Source of the DNA: Owenia fusiformis
Lineage: Eukaryota
Reading direction: 5' to 3'
Assembly: GCA_903813345.2 (NCBI GenBank)
Contig: CAIIXF020000001.1
Location: 18,910,001-18,974,000 of the forward strand
DNA length: 64,000 nt
Of this stretch, positions 23,701-37,181 are shown in pieces. The position numbers and the translations under genes are program-made. The notes beneath the pieces were generated by a model. The model saw nothing but the letters and a program-made list of their open reading frames with translations, did not search any database and was not told the DNA's origin. Each line of letters opens with the position of its first letter. Positions within the stretch are counted from its first letter, which is position 1.

Positions 23701-26700
23701 TTAGAGGGATAAATCAAGTGGAGCCAATACTTGTATCTTTGTGTTAAACTATGCAAGCAGAAAACCTTGGAAGCTGACTCATTTTAGATTTATGCTGGTT
23801 TTCCTGAGCCAAGTTAATCATATCTGATCTGCTCAAACGTAAACATATTTTCTCACTAAGAGTGTAAACAAATTCAAGGGGAGTAAGATAACCTTAATAA
23901 AGTTCAGAAATTGCTAGAATAACACATCTATTTATCTGATATTCTAATACTGCGTATGCCTAAATATAGATCTTAAGTATTGTGTAATGAACATTCACCT
24001 CTTTACCTGAACACGAATATACATTTCAAATTGTAATAATTAACATACCAGGTGTAGGTAATATATCGAGCCCTGTTGTTTTGGCTTTCTCTTCATCTTT
24101 GGCTGGGCTCTCGATCACCTTCACCTTGGCTTTATGAGGTTCAGGAAGTTCCCCCCAATTCCAGGTGACGCCATCCTCAACTTCTGTCTGTGACATCGAA
24201 TCTAACATTTGTTTCTCATATTCCGTGTCACTCTTGGGACTGGGTGGTCTACTAGCAATAGGGCTGGAAATAAAGTGCAAAACTGCAGAAATCCTATGTT
24301 AATCATAACCCCATATCTCAATACACATGTGTACACTTGTATTTTGCATGTACATTGTACAGTATTCAATTTAAAACATTTTGAGTGGGAAGATCTCAGG
24401 ATGTCAGATCCACACAAAAATTGTTCATTGAACACACTTTCTAAAGAATTTCAGTCCTTTTTGACTAAGTCTTAATATTATTGAACCTATGTATTTTCTG
24501 AATTATGTTCTTTTCCTATAGAACTATAGTATTGCTCAATTTCTTTGTGACTTACCTCATTACAGGAGTGATATCACCATCACTGAAGGGATGGAAATGT
24601 GAGGCATAGTGACTATTTGCCCAGTCATCAGTCCTTTCATTTCTGTTCTCCTCCAAAGAGGGCAGGCTTATAGCAGCCACCTCTTCATCGACACCCTCTA
24701 CGTCAAGATCAAATATTTCCTGATCTTCAAAATCATCTTCTTTACTGTCATTTTTGGCAATTTGGGATTTATTATTATTTTTACGGTGTTTTTTCCGCCT
24801 TCTTCGTTTTCCAATATTGGAGTCTTTTTCATTTTCAATATTGATTGATTCACTGTTGGCAGAACTACTAGAGGTAGTTTTCTTTGTAATGTTTGTAGAG
24901 CTCTCAGGAGCTGGTAATTTGGTGGGTTTTGACACTAAGCTGGTGGTTGAAGTATCTGTTTGTGACGTGCTAGAGTCAGCTTGAGTAATTGGTCGAAATT
25001 CGACGCTTCTCTCTGAATCTGTCTGCGACCTTAAACTAATTTCAGAATCTAATCTAGATCGCCTATCTGTTTCGTTGCTTTCCAGACTCATTTCAGAATC
25101 TTGTCTTTGTTTTCTCCCTTCAAGGGTAATTTCAGAGTCAATTTCAGGTTTAATCCCTGCATTGTCTTTCTCTCTTTTAGCTGTTTCTTCACCATCTTGT
25201 TGTTTCTTTAACTCTTTCAAGCCCTCACGAATCAGTTCTTCAGCTGTTGGGATTGGAGATGTTGCCAGATATTCTGGGCCCTGAAGAGTTAAATATTGCT
25301 AATATACAAAGTGAGACATTTTTTAGTTCTTTTTCAGTGCAGGGGATTCGTTATTTTCAGTTTTTTGTTGTTATTTTGAAGAAATTTACTAATGTCTCTT
25401 CAAATATTTTGTTCAGTATTTCGACATACTCCCTTCAATCCCTGAAAATCTCACTAATAAAAAGGAAATGAGAGCATTTGGATAAATATTAATTGAACGA
25501 ACCTCATATATGCTCAAAAATAAGCTGACTCAGACTGAAAGTAACTGGCTGCGATCTCAGAGTACCTATGATGCTATTGATGTACCCTCCAGCCAAGTGC
25601 AAATACAGTCTTCAATTTGATGCTAAATAACGTGAATATATATCCTACCTCTGATAGCTCTTCTGCACTGACTTTTGCTACAAAGAATGCCTCGCCAGCC
25701 TCTCCAAGCTTCATGTGCAGGGGCACAGGCTCCCCATTTACCTCTATATCAACCTGAAATCACAATACAATGCACATTTAATGTTCTATACTTTAAAATA
25801 CTAGAACCCATATGGGAGAATTGTAGCTCTGTTAGGCATACTTGGACAGGATAATTGTTTCAGTTTCATTGCAAGCAATTTGCAATTAATCCTTTTGACT
25901 CCCATTTGGACATTTTGACTAGATTTTAACATTGCCAGCATAGGTAAATCAGAATTTCACACATTATTTTGTAGAATCCTGGGAATGTTACTTATTGCAC
26001 ATTTATCCCTCTGGCACCAACCAAAAGTGTTCAAATTTGCAGGTGTTCACATTTCAAGGTTTTTCAATATGTTAGTCAATGGAAATTTGGGACCGAGAAA
26101 AAGTGTTCATATTGAGAGGTGTTCAGATACAAGTTTTACTGTACCCATATTTGCAGATTTACTATTAAAAAGATGCAACTATTATCAAATATACATATAG
26201 AGCACAGCCTCCCAACATAAGCTGTTTTAAGACCTTGTATAATAAGATATTATTAGAAATATTAGTCCCTAGAGCATAATGTAAATAGCCTACATACAAC
26301 CCTAGATGTGGTCTGTAATCAATTTCTGCAGCATCTGTATTAAAAGTAATATAGTAATAGTTGCAGAATTCTATATATGAAAGCTGCTAATGCTGTGTTG
26401 GCTACACATATGCAGATCAAGTAATGCAATTGAAATATTCGTCAGCCTCATACCTCCTCCTATATTACATGTATTTTATGTGTGACAAATATGGTGGTCC
26501 ATACATTTATTGTAAATTACTTGAATCAGTTACCCTTTACATTCGTTTGACTTCACTTCTTAAAAGAGAGCTTCATCTTCAGTCTTTCAGTTTATGATAA
26601 ATCTCTGATCTCACCGAGCCAATCAGAGTTCGTCGTCGAAATACGGACGACTTCCTATATGGTCATTTCCTCCGACAACCCCGCATAGTTAATGAGCTCT

Positions 26701-29136
26701 TATTTAGCATATGTTCCTTCAATTTCGCTGATTGGTTGAGAAGGGGTCAGTGTGGTCAATTTGGAATGATAAATTACCCGGGCTGTCACAGTGACCAATC
26801 TTTGGGGTGGGCTACTAGAGTGTAATATAGTCTCAAGTAGGCAGAGGATAGTTTGTAACTATACTCTGCATGCGCGCAGGGTATGAATCAGTATACTGAA
26901 GGTTAATTATTAATTAAATGCTTGGTAGGTTTATTTGATTAACAGTAAATAATGTGATAATGTTAAAGCAGCCAATTCATTACCAGCTGATTGATCACAT
27001 GATCTCTGCAATGTTATGTTTTGCAAGAAAATGCCAGGGGCAGAATCATTTCATGTGACAGCTCGTCAACAAGGATACAGATCACCATTGTTTAACAGAG
27101 ATTTGTTTTCCTGCCTACCTACATCACGGTGTATAACCCAAACGCTCCTACATGCACGACGGAGCGTTTCATTACTGAAATTAAACGAAGAAACGATCCG
27201 GAGTAGAAAAACTGGCTGGCAGGAATGATGAGCCGTCTGACGATTTCCCCAATAATGGGAATAAGAGGTATGAGTTACATATTTCGAGTATACCATTCGA
27301 TGGGTGTGATATTCATGTTGTACTTGGCTGGCTGTTGACGTTTGAAGCAATTAGGAAGAGCTGTACTAAGCAGTATAGTTATCAAAATTCAAAAACGTAT
27401 TTGTCATTCTACCGGTAAAAACCTCTTTTGTCGATACATGTGATTAGTTGAGCCAAGATTAGAGCACCAACGTATATTTTAGTCAAATTCCAATGCTTCA
27501 ACGCACCATACATTATCGTAATAGTGATTTGATGACCGAAAATCCAGTCTTAAAAATGATGACATTCTCATATTCAAGAAACGCTCCGATCTGGTTAACA
27601 CAGTGAACTGGAAACGCTCCGGTAGTCTAGATCAGTTTAGGAAATATATAGCTTGCCTTTCCTTTTCAGGAAGAGAAAAAAGATCTATTATACCCCTTGG
27701 CATCAAAAAAAGAAAGATTAATTCACATGTAAATTTTCGTTTTTTTCTTTAGTTTTATGATTTAGCACATATGTAGGCATGACATCATCTAATGTAGGCT
27801 TAAATCAGTTAGTTGCACGTTTAGCACCACCAGGTTCAGATGTTTCAATTTGCCTAACAAGTACAACACGTTTTTGAGAGATAGATTCGATTCGGAACTC
27901 TTCTCTAATAATCTGAAAATGATATCAAAACAAAATGGTAAGAGCGTTTCTAAAATTGTGATCTAAATCGACGGAGCATTTCGAGGAAAACAAGCGATTT
28001 CTCGAGAACAAGTAATGGATTCGGACTGGGATTTTAGGAAATGAAAATATACGAGTTTGTGATCTACTACTTTAACAGAAAGATTAACGTTTTCATAGAA
28101 ATACTAGTTTAATTCGTAACTTGTGGTCAAATCATCATCTTCAGATTCGTTCGAGCTACACTACGGAGCTTTGATCAAGCAAATAACAGTTTACCACCAG
28201 AAGTTGAATAAATAAGATCTTTGCTCACGGTATTGTTCATCGAATGGTACATAATATTTCACCATAACATATGATATGTAAGAGAAACGAGAAAAACAAT
28301 ACTTACGGTTATAGTGGAATCTTCATTAGCCGCCATTTTATTTCGCTTCGGAGCGTTTCCGCGTAAATGAAACGCTCCGTCGTGCATGTAGGAGCGTTTG
28401 GGTTATACACCGTGTACATATTTAGCTATATGTAATATACGTAACTACCTAACAATTGTATCACAACAGGACAGGTCCACTCACCTCAAAACATCCGCAT
28501 ATTGATATATTTCATATCTATATTTAAACATATTGATTTAAAGTAGCTAATGAGTCACTTTTGATAACTGCACATATCTGAACATACTCCTCTAAGGACA
28601 TAAACCATCCTCTAATAAGGACAATAATAAATTTGCTGATATGGCATTACAGTGTCAACATACTACTTGAGATTCAACTGTCGATACATGACTAAGACTA
28701 CCTAGCTTTTGACTTGGAAATCCCACTGATATTTTAAACCAACTGATTTTTCAAATCATCAAAAATATACCAACTTAAACAAAATATGGGAATTTTAGCT
28801 TCATTTGATAAGGTAAAATATCTGATAAAACTTAGCCTGTGTAAACTTACAACCGCATGTTTGCATTGTCTCTTTGACAACCTGGGATTCAATATGATTT
28901 TTGCCAGCACTAAAAATTGAACATACTTTGAACGTTATCATAATTTATGTACTTACAATTTTTTCCCTAGAACGCAGCACGCCCAGCTTTCCAAAGCGCA
29001 CATGGAATGGTGAACATAAGAAGGAGCCATCTTCTTGTTGAACCACAATTACATCTATTGCACCAGTTAATGTTGCAGAGTTGATCTCATTGTAAAATCC
29101 TTTAAAATTTGAGACTAGCTTTCCAAAATAATTCAT
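17764..29136 (-). CDS. LPIN: Lipin (phosphatidate phosphatase), about 987 aa
   Basis: 15 exons: 29136-28957, 25753-25649, 25280-24556, 24263-24049, 23485-23332, 23124-22993, 22154-21990, 21165-21096, 20963-20832, 20581-20514, 20307-20097, 19686-19538, 19154-18915, 18465-18351, 18066-17764 (2964 nt, in frame). NLIP domain ([33 protein letters not shown]), polybasic [20 protein letters not shown], catalytic [26 protein letters not shown]. Confidence 0.97.
21426..21929. mobile_element. PIF/Harbinger MITE (GC-rich, 504 bp) in a lipin intron
   Basis: Perfect TIR tggcctagtcacatagcccggccgatg / catcggccgggctatgtgactaggcca; TTA duplicated at 21423-21425 and 21930-21932. Confidence 0.9.
22129..22779 (-). 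repeat. 65-bp tandem array, 10 copies, spanning the acceptor of lipin coding exon 7
   Basis: Each unit holds ttttatttccAG plus the first ~26 exon bases. AG positions (plus-strand ct) at 22155, 22220, 22284, 22349, 22414, 22479, 22544, 22609, 22674, 22739; one unit is 64 bp. Confidence 0.97.
27125..28414. mobile_element. Non-autonomous Transib/RAG-like DNA transposon (1290 bp) in lipin coding intron 1
   Basis: Perfect 49-bp TIRs starting CACGGTG; 5-bp duplication TACAT at 27120-27124 and 28415-28419. CAC termini with a 5-bp TSD are the Transib signature. No transposase ORF. Confidence 0.8.
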
Positions 29137-32100
29137 GTTGTAGTTTGACTGTCTGTGTGACTAGACTCCCGATCTGCCGATTACTGAGCCATCTGTAAGA
29201 ACACAAGACATAGGGAAATTAATATGTAAGCAGTACTCTTGCAAAAATATCAACTAAAATAATCACAATACCAGGAGAACATCTGAACAAAATCATTCAT
29301 CACCTTTCAAGTACAAATACTAATATAATAGTATGCTACAATGAAACATGTAACAAAGGAATATTTGTTCAAAAGTTCTCAAAAAATATCGAGGATTTTG
29401 TTATATCTAATGAGATGACTGGATGCATGGAATCATCAGGAGACATCATGCCATTGCTATATATTATCAATTCTATTCATGAGTAAGCCTCTATTCTCTG
29501 TTGACGAACCGACTTCTGGAACATTCTAATTTAAGCGTAGTTCCTAGAGAACAGTGACTAATTTGTCCGTTAGAGAAGGCTGGATTGACCACATATATTT
29601 CTACATCACCATGTAACTAAATTTAGTATAAAAAGGAAATGTTGTACGATCCACTTAATATCTTAGATGACGTTTTATCAGTAAAAGCAATTTAAATGTA
29701 TGTTTCTTGACGATGCATCAAGATTATTTCACACCAGACTTATTTCTCAAATATTTACAATTGTTTAAAATCGCCATGGCACCAATCATTAAGGAAAAAT
29801 CAATCATTGTTTAGTTTGTGTTAATGTAAAAAAAGATTGATCTGTCTGTCATTCAGTCAAATTGATTACTACAATGCAACATTCCAATTTATCAGGGTCC
29901 TATTTTAACTAATGCTTCCTTGTACACCAAAGGAAATCACAGGCTGTGATGCAACATTATATCCATAAAACCTTTCTTACTGTAACTGTAGTTAATTGCC
30001 GCTAATGTTGAAAAACTTTGGCAATCAGCTGACTGTGTATATCTATGTTATTATTAGAAATAAATCGATAACATGAAAAAAACTGTAACTGTAGTTCACC
30101 GTATGAAAAAAGTTGCCTTGAAATACATGTAGTATGTTAATGCATGTCTGATATTTAAAATTAAACAGTGAAACCTGTTTAAGGTGAACAGTTTTAGAAA
30201 CAAGCAAGTGTTCATATTGAGACATATCAACAATAATGGAAGATTCTGATGACATGCGAGTCAAAGGAATAACAAAAATGGGATTGAAATGGTGTTCACA
30301 AATTGTGAGTTATTTAACTGAGAGGGGAGCTCACATATACTAGTTTCACTGTATACCAGACACACACAGATATCTAAGATGTAAACCAGTCTTGAAGGTG
30401 GAACTGAAGCTAAATTATTTTGACAGTTAAAACTAAGAGAACACCTTGACATTTAGAGTATTTAGCCTAAAAACAAGTCTTTTTTCTGGGCCTCCAGCAG
30501 TTATCATTTTAATGAATAGGTATACAGTGCACAGTTCTTATTTTGAAAGTTGATTTATTGTATACATGTATAGTCATAGTCCATCACCTGTGATATTAGA
30601 CCATCATCAGGTGGTAATATTATCAGGCGATGATAGGGAATGTCATAGGTGACTAGCAAAGTAACCTGAATTCCTGAGGCTTCTATTTAAACTATATGTA
30701 CATGTATTGAAAAATGGTATTGAAAACCACAGTGAGAATCAGATTTGGAAAGGAGGAATGAAACTAACAGTTGAATACTGAATGAGATGTGAAGGAAAAT
30801 ATTGACGTTAAGGAATACCTAAACTAAAGGAATTCTTCAGATTTAAAAAATACACATTATTTCCAAGTCACATCTTGATCCATTAAGGTATTTTATATGA
30901 CTGAAGGAATAAACTGGTTTAACAATATGTACAAATCATAAGAGTCATATAACATAAGAATATAAGTCTTACCAGATAGTAGTATCTACGTTTAATGACT
31001 TCTGTTCAATGAATGATGTTCTAAATTAATCTCTAATAATCCATTAATCTTTGATATATCTTGATTAAAGATTTATGTATGTTATACCTAAAATAATCCA
31101 CATTAAATATTTTCCATCCACACTTATATCTTCCTGTTGTTTGCTGCTACAGTAATTTCAAAATTTTGAAATGTACATTTATTTATAACTTCGGGGAATT
31201 TCAATCTAATCAACAAAACTGGACTTTGCTTGAATGACGTGAACATTGCACCAACCACCTGAGCCTAGACTGTAATCAAAGTGAGGACTTTATGAATCAG
31301 ATTAATCAATCATTCCGCATGAAGTCATACTTGTTTTACCTAAATCAGCACTTAACCAAACATACACTGGTCATACATCTGCCATATTTACACCAATCAT
31401 GCTCACTTAATTATATGATTTTTGATTGGCTTCTTCAAAACATCAAAGTAAAACAGAATGAAGTTTGAAGGGAGGGGGTCCTTGTTTGACAGATGGGTGT
31501 TTAGCAGTTTAGCACTGACTGCAGTGCACAATCATGCTATTAGCTGTTTTAAAATTATACTAAGAGTCAAAAATGTATTTTAGCAAGAACATTGCTTATA
31601 AATCAAGATATCAGTATGTTAATTTAGTATACCAATACGCGATAACGTTTAATTTAGTTCAGTTTAGCTACCTCCTGTTTGAAGAGCTCTCATGTATGGT
31701 ACAACTTCGTCTACATAATGTTACTTTGAATCTCCGATTATCTGTAAATTACCTCCTGAACTCTTATCACGAATAGGAGTATTGGTGTCACAGTCACTGA
31801 GAACCGCAGAAAAGATTATGTGCAAAATAATGCTGGATAAGAGGTACATTACATTTGTAACTTCTGACCAATTTTCACTGACAATAAAGATTTACAATAT
31901 AAACAAAAAAAACAACAATATGAACGAATGATAAAAACAAGTATAAACAAAGAACCAACTGATGCAGATCGGCATTAACCATTTCAAAGCAACATAACCT
32001 TTTGTCCCTTACCTTGTTCTTACCTGCAGAATACAAGTATGTTACACTCTGACTTGATAGAGTAGGTTACCTTAGAACACTTCCTTCATCACTAAATATG

Positions 32101-33955
32101 ATACATACATACCACATTGCACCATACATGATCAATGCATGGGCTTACATCAGTGATTTGACTTGTCCTCATACACATGTCAGCAAAATATGTGTGCTGA
32201 ATTCTATAGTGTTATCAATGGTCTAGGTTCCCCTGTTTACAAACCAGTGATAAATCTTGTTTCAGATACAGAAGTTGCAGATACATTATCAAAATCTCAT
32301 TATAAACATCAAAGATTTTTGAATGCTTTTGAGTACAAGTCATGTGACACTCAAGACACATGGAATAAATTTTGGAATGGATCCACAACTGCCTTTATGT
32401 TAAATGAACTGCCAAGACCTCCAGTGTGATCATGCACTTTATAGTAAAGCCGGTTAAATGGACTATAACTCACTAATGTCGTTGAGTTACATAGAAATTG
32501 TAAGAATAGAATTTAAAGCTTACCTCCAAGAATCTCTAATACAGTACCAAGGAGCCTTATATTTGTAAATGCTTTATGTTATAAGAAAATCACCATTCAT
32601 TAAAGCTATTGATATCGGGTGAGTAAACTATAGCGTATATATCAGCTGATACTACCTTATTAGATATGCGGTCATGTGATCAACCATGTGACTTAGCTTG
32701 AGAAAGAGTATTGAATCCAGGCTTCTCATAGGTCGCTATTCACCACACCCTGGTCTCTATGTACAAGCATGAACCATACAGCAATTCATACTTTATGCAA
32801 ATAAATATCATTTATCTGGCCTAGATAAACGACAAAAAATATTTATTCACCAGATATGAAAGAAAACAAGGTTATGAACGAGGCCTACTTACAATGAATG
32901 AACTACAAATTGGTCCTGACACTTAGTGCATATTATAGTACATTTGATTGATGAGGCAATTCTATACAATAAGGTCACTTTTTGCACTGAGCTAATGCAA
33001 AGTAAAATACCAGAACTCTGAGGACAACCAGATCTTAACATATATTATATATAGTGCCCTCATAAGGCTAATGCTACCTTGAATCAGGCTACCTAGCTAT
33101 CCTTGAAACACACTTTCCAGGACACATTCAGACGTCATCAATTATGAATTACTCTGAAATGCTAAATAGTAGAAACACACTGGAATATCACCTGCCATTG
33201 TGGCCTAACTATCATTTGGAATAAAAGCATTTGATAAAGAGGGGCTCTAATAAATAGGAATGACCACCTGCATTTTTATCCTATAAATATTTTACTTCTT
33301 TAAGGGTCTGACCCTCATGTTCAAAATATGCTACAAAAATTTCTATTCCTTTCAATTATGATTTATACTTGGTCAGTATATTTTTTTAATCAATAGGTTT
33401 ATTTCATATATACAAACAAATATACAATGAATAGACAGGACTGGGTCAGTATATAAACACTATCTTTATTAGCTTCTTATCCAAATTGTTTAAATCAAAC
33501 CCTGGCTCATTGTGAATTGCAAAAACTTCTTCGATATGATTTAAATGTGATATAAAGCTTTTAATCAAATAACTATATTTAAAAAAAATTAACTTACAAA
33601 TGATGAATCTGAGAAGCATCCCTTTACATGTCTGTGCCAAGTCTGAGCACTACATTCATGCTCAACTAATCTTATAAAGTAATGGTGATAAAATAGGCTA
33701 TAGCCTATATTAACTAGTCTTACATAATCTTATTTTGGGGGTGGTCTCAATGAATCAATATGTTAAGCTTTTTATTCAATTCTTATTCTGTAAATGGCTG
33801 GACAAATTCATCCAATCACATTTAAAACCTTATAAGATTAAAATGTATAGTACTTACATATGCATATTATGCTATCTCGATTGCTAGATGAATAAACAAC
33901 AATTTAAAGTTAAATGACCTTTATATAGTACATTCAGTATCCCCCACCTCTGAAG

Positions 33956-34335
33956 GGGGCTCCCCAAGGGGTATGTGATAAGGCGACCTGGCCTCTAAAA
34001 ATGGGACTAAATGGGACTTTGGGGTACTTAAAAACGAACAAATGTGACAAATAGATGCTTGTAAGTGACAATTTTGTACATAAATAGGACTGACAACCGT
34101 TTTGAGAGTGACAAAAATAGACAATTCATTCTGAATGTAAATTGATGCAAGTTAAGATGACTTACCCTAACCAGTTATTAAACAATTAAACATAAAGTGC
34201 ATGAAATGCTTTGACTGACTAAAAAGGAATGAATCTGCCAAAATATGACAAGTAAATTTTGATATGTGACAAAGTGAGAATTTTGAAATTTTAAAAGTGA
34301 CAAAAGCGACCTCACTGCCCCCTCTTGGGGAGCCC
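33956..34335. mobile_element. MITE with GGGCTCCCCAAG TIRs
   Basis: gggctccccaag / cttggggagccc, flanked by a (c)tctgaag direct repeat of about 7-8 bp. Confidence 0.7.
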
Positions 34336-34678
34336 TCTGAAGATCACGATATGGTGATTTTCAAGGCCAATGCTTTAATGATCATATGTTATTCCATATA
34401 CATGTACCTACTAACTCCTTATCAGTTCATATATATCACATTATACCATGTATGTGATAAGGTATCTCATTTTATTTACCAACAAAGGGATTCAACACGT
34501 TTTTCAACACACTAACTGACAACCATTGTGCAACTTGTGTTTCAAAACATGACGCAACTGTTGTTGTTTTGAAGATGGGCCTTCATTCAAAATGCAGTTT
34601 CTTAAGACATGATAGATGTTTTTGTTATGAAGGTGAAACCAGTGCCACCCCCAAAATATGACTTTGATGAAAAAACTA

Positions 34679-34857
34679 CAGCGAAACCTGTATATCCTTA
34701 CACCTCTCTAATCTGAACACCTCTCAATAAAACTTTTTCACAGTCCCAGTTTATTTTCTTTCATTGACCTCCATGTTTAAAAAACCTTGAAATGTGAACC
34801 CCTTCTCATCCAAATACTTTTGGCGGGTACCAGAGGCGTTTAGATTAGGTTTTACTG
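34679..34857. mobile_element. pogo/Tigger-type MITE
   Basis: TA|cagcgaaacct ... aggttttactg|TA. A related partial inverted copy lies at about 26040-26142. Confidence 0.65.
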
Positions 34858-36932
34858 TAGATTGGTTGGGACATAGTATTCATATGCTTCCTATTTCATT
34901 TAGTTTGGTTGAGAAAGGAACAATGAACATTCTAGGTCTTGTCTACCCAACAATAAATAATACTATTATGAATTTATTGACTTTTTATGATAACACACAT
35001 GACATTGTCTCACTTCAAGTATACAGTAGACTTGGCTAAATGACAAAAATCATGATGAGATATTTAGAATAATATTTGAGACCTGGTAACATATCAGATG
35101 CTGGTATTTAGGCCAACTGATAAAAAAACTATTTCTTGTCACTAGGAACTACTTTAGAAAAAACACATGTAAAAACATGTGTGTCTACAAAAGAAGAAGT
35201 CAAATCATCTTCTAAAATGCTTAAGAACCCACATACCCCCCAGGCAAAACGTGAATAAATTGAAAAAACAACCTCACCCTCTGAAAACAGGAAAATGAAA
35301 CTGAAACTGCTTCTTATTGATTGCTTATTTATACTTACTATAAAGTACATTATTCAGCACATCATAATAATTGATCTTATTCAAGGTGGCATGATGCACT
35401 CGGAGGATCACGCCACCATATAATACTATAACACATGCATGCATTCATTATCAATTGGCATAGGACCTACCAAATAATCAATAACAATGTGGTCAATCGC
35501 AGCATTCTCCCTTGCAACGATGATATGTACATACAAAGAGACTAATAGGAAAACCTATATTATGCAAGGAGAAGTCTCAGTAGATATTGTATATGAGACC
35601 CAAATAAAGCGATTTCTCCTTCAGGAGTTTTAATTTTAACACATTTTGAATTGAAGCATCAGAACTGAAAGATAACACAAAACAAGCCAGAGTCTTACTT
35701 AAGGGCCATAGCAAGCTTTTGTCAAGGGGGCTCACTTTTCAAACATACCCAACCTCCTTATCTACGGGCTTGTACTTATTCTTTTTGTTGTGGAGTGAAG
35801 GTTATGGGACAGGATGACAGGATGATTTATCAATTTAGTTATTTGATCAGTGTCAAAACTTTAGTCTGCCACTCTGGATGGTTAGCTTACAAGATCACTG
35901 ACCTTCTATGTTCAACATAACTACTTCATATGTAGTGATTAACTAGGCCTCTACAAAAATATATCATATGTACTTGAGAACACGTGTTTGCACACACCAC
36001 CAGTTGTTTTGAATGTCAAGATTTTACCAGCTATACCACCTAACTAAAAATAAAATCCAGTCCAATATCAAGGTTAACATTGCACAAAAATATTTACGAA
36101 AAAAGTATTTTCAGTTTTCTTTTAAGTTCACATTCAAATATGCATTTGAGCCACCTCCCACCCTCTTGAATATGTGTATGTGGTCCCTCTAAAGTACTGA
36201 CCCATTTTAGTGTGTATATTTATATAATGGCTGGAACAAACATGATATACCTCTTAAGATTGCATAACTACTGAAAAATGTTTTTCATTAAATTAAAATA
36301 AAAACTCTTTGAAATGGTATTTTATACAGAATTGTGCCTTGAAGAGCCAGAGACATAAATTCGTGGAATCATCTTCATATATTTGAATTGCCTGTTTTAA
36401 ATCTGGACTACTGTTATACAAAAAATAATCAATAAAAAACATAGTGAGCAAGAAAATCCCACTGCTTACAGTAGTTATATAACATATCAACAAAGTTGGA
36501 TAACAACTAACCAGCCCACATTTTGTGACCAATCAAATTGCTCATATCTGACCGCACCATGTTCCCGCCAATAGTGCAAGGTTAAATCAATAGAGATATG
36601 GGAAGTTTCATAACACTGGAACACATTGGATAACACAATGAATACATCAGTCTAGCTCAGGTGCAGGATAACAATGTGCGATATATGGGAGATTTAGACT
36701 TTAAATTAAGAGGGAAATTTTGTAAGCCCATGAATAAGTCATTCATTACTGTCAATAAGATCCATGTATAGATTCTTTGTAAAAGATCAATAGAGTTAAC
36801 CTTTTAAGATTTTACAAAATAAGATTATAATTCCCAAAATTCCAAATGTTAATCTAAACTCAAGGTATTGATAATTCTGACTTCTCACTGGGGAATTATC
36901 CCATGTGGATATATATATTACACCATATGAGA

Positions 36933-37181
36933 CAGGGGCGTAGCCAGCTTTCAGTCAGGGGTGGTGGGATCGCCAAAAAATATTTGGTTTTCAGTCAGGG
37001 GTGTTTGATTGTGGCATTAACAAGCCAAAAAATTAATTTTTACAAAAATTGATGCAACTTCCTTCAAAATTGAGGTAAAAGCTTCAAATAAAATGCATTT
37101 TAAAGCTCTTTTCTTCTTCTATCTCATGTTTATATTTCATTGGATGTGGGGGTGTGATCGCACCCCCTGGCTACGCCTATG
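36933..37181. mobile_element. hAT-like MITE with 5-bp TSD
   Basis: caggggcgtagccag / ctggctacgcctatg; TGAGA duplicated on both sides. Confidence 0.75.
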
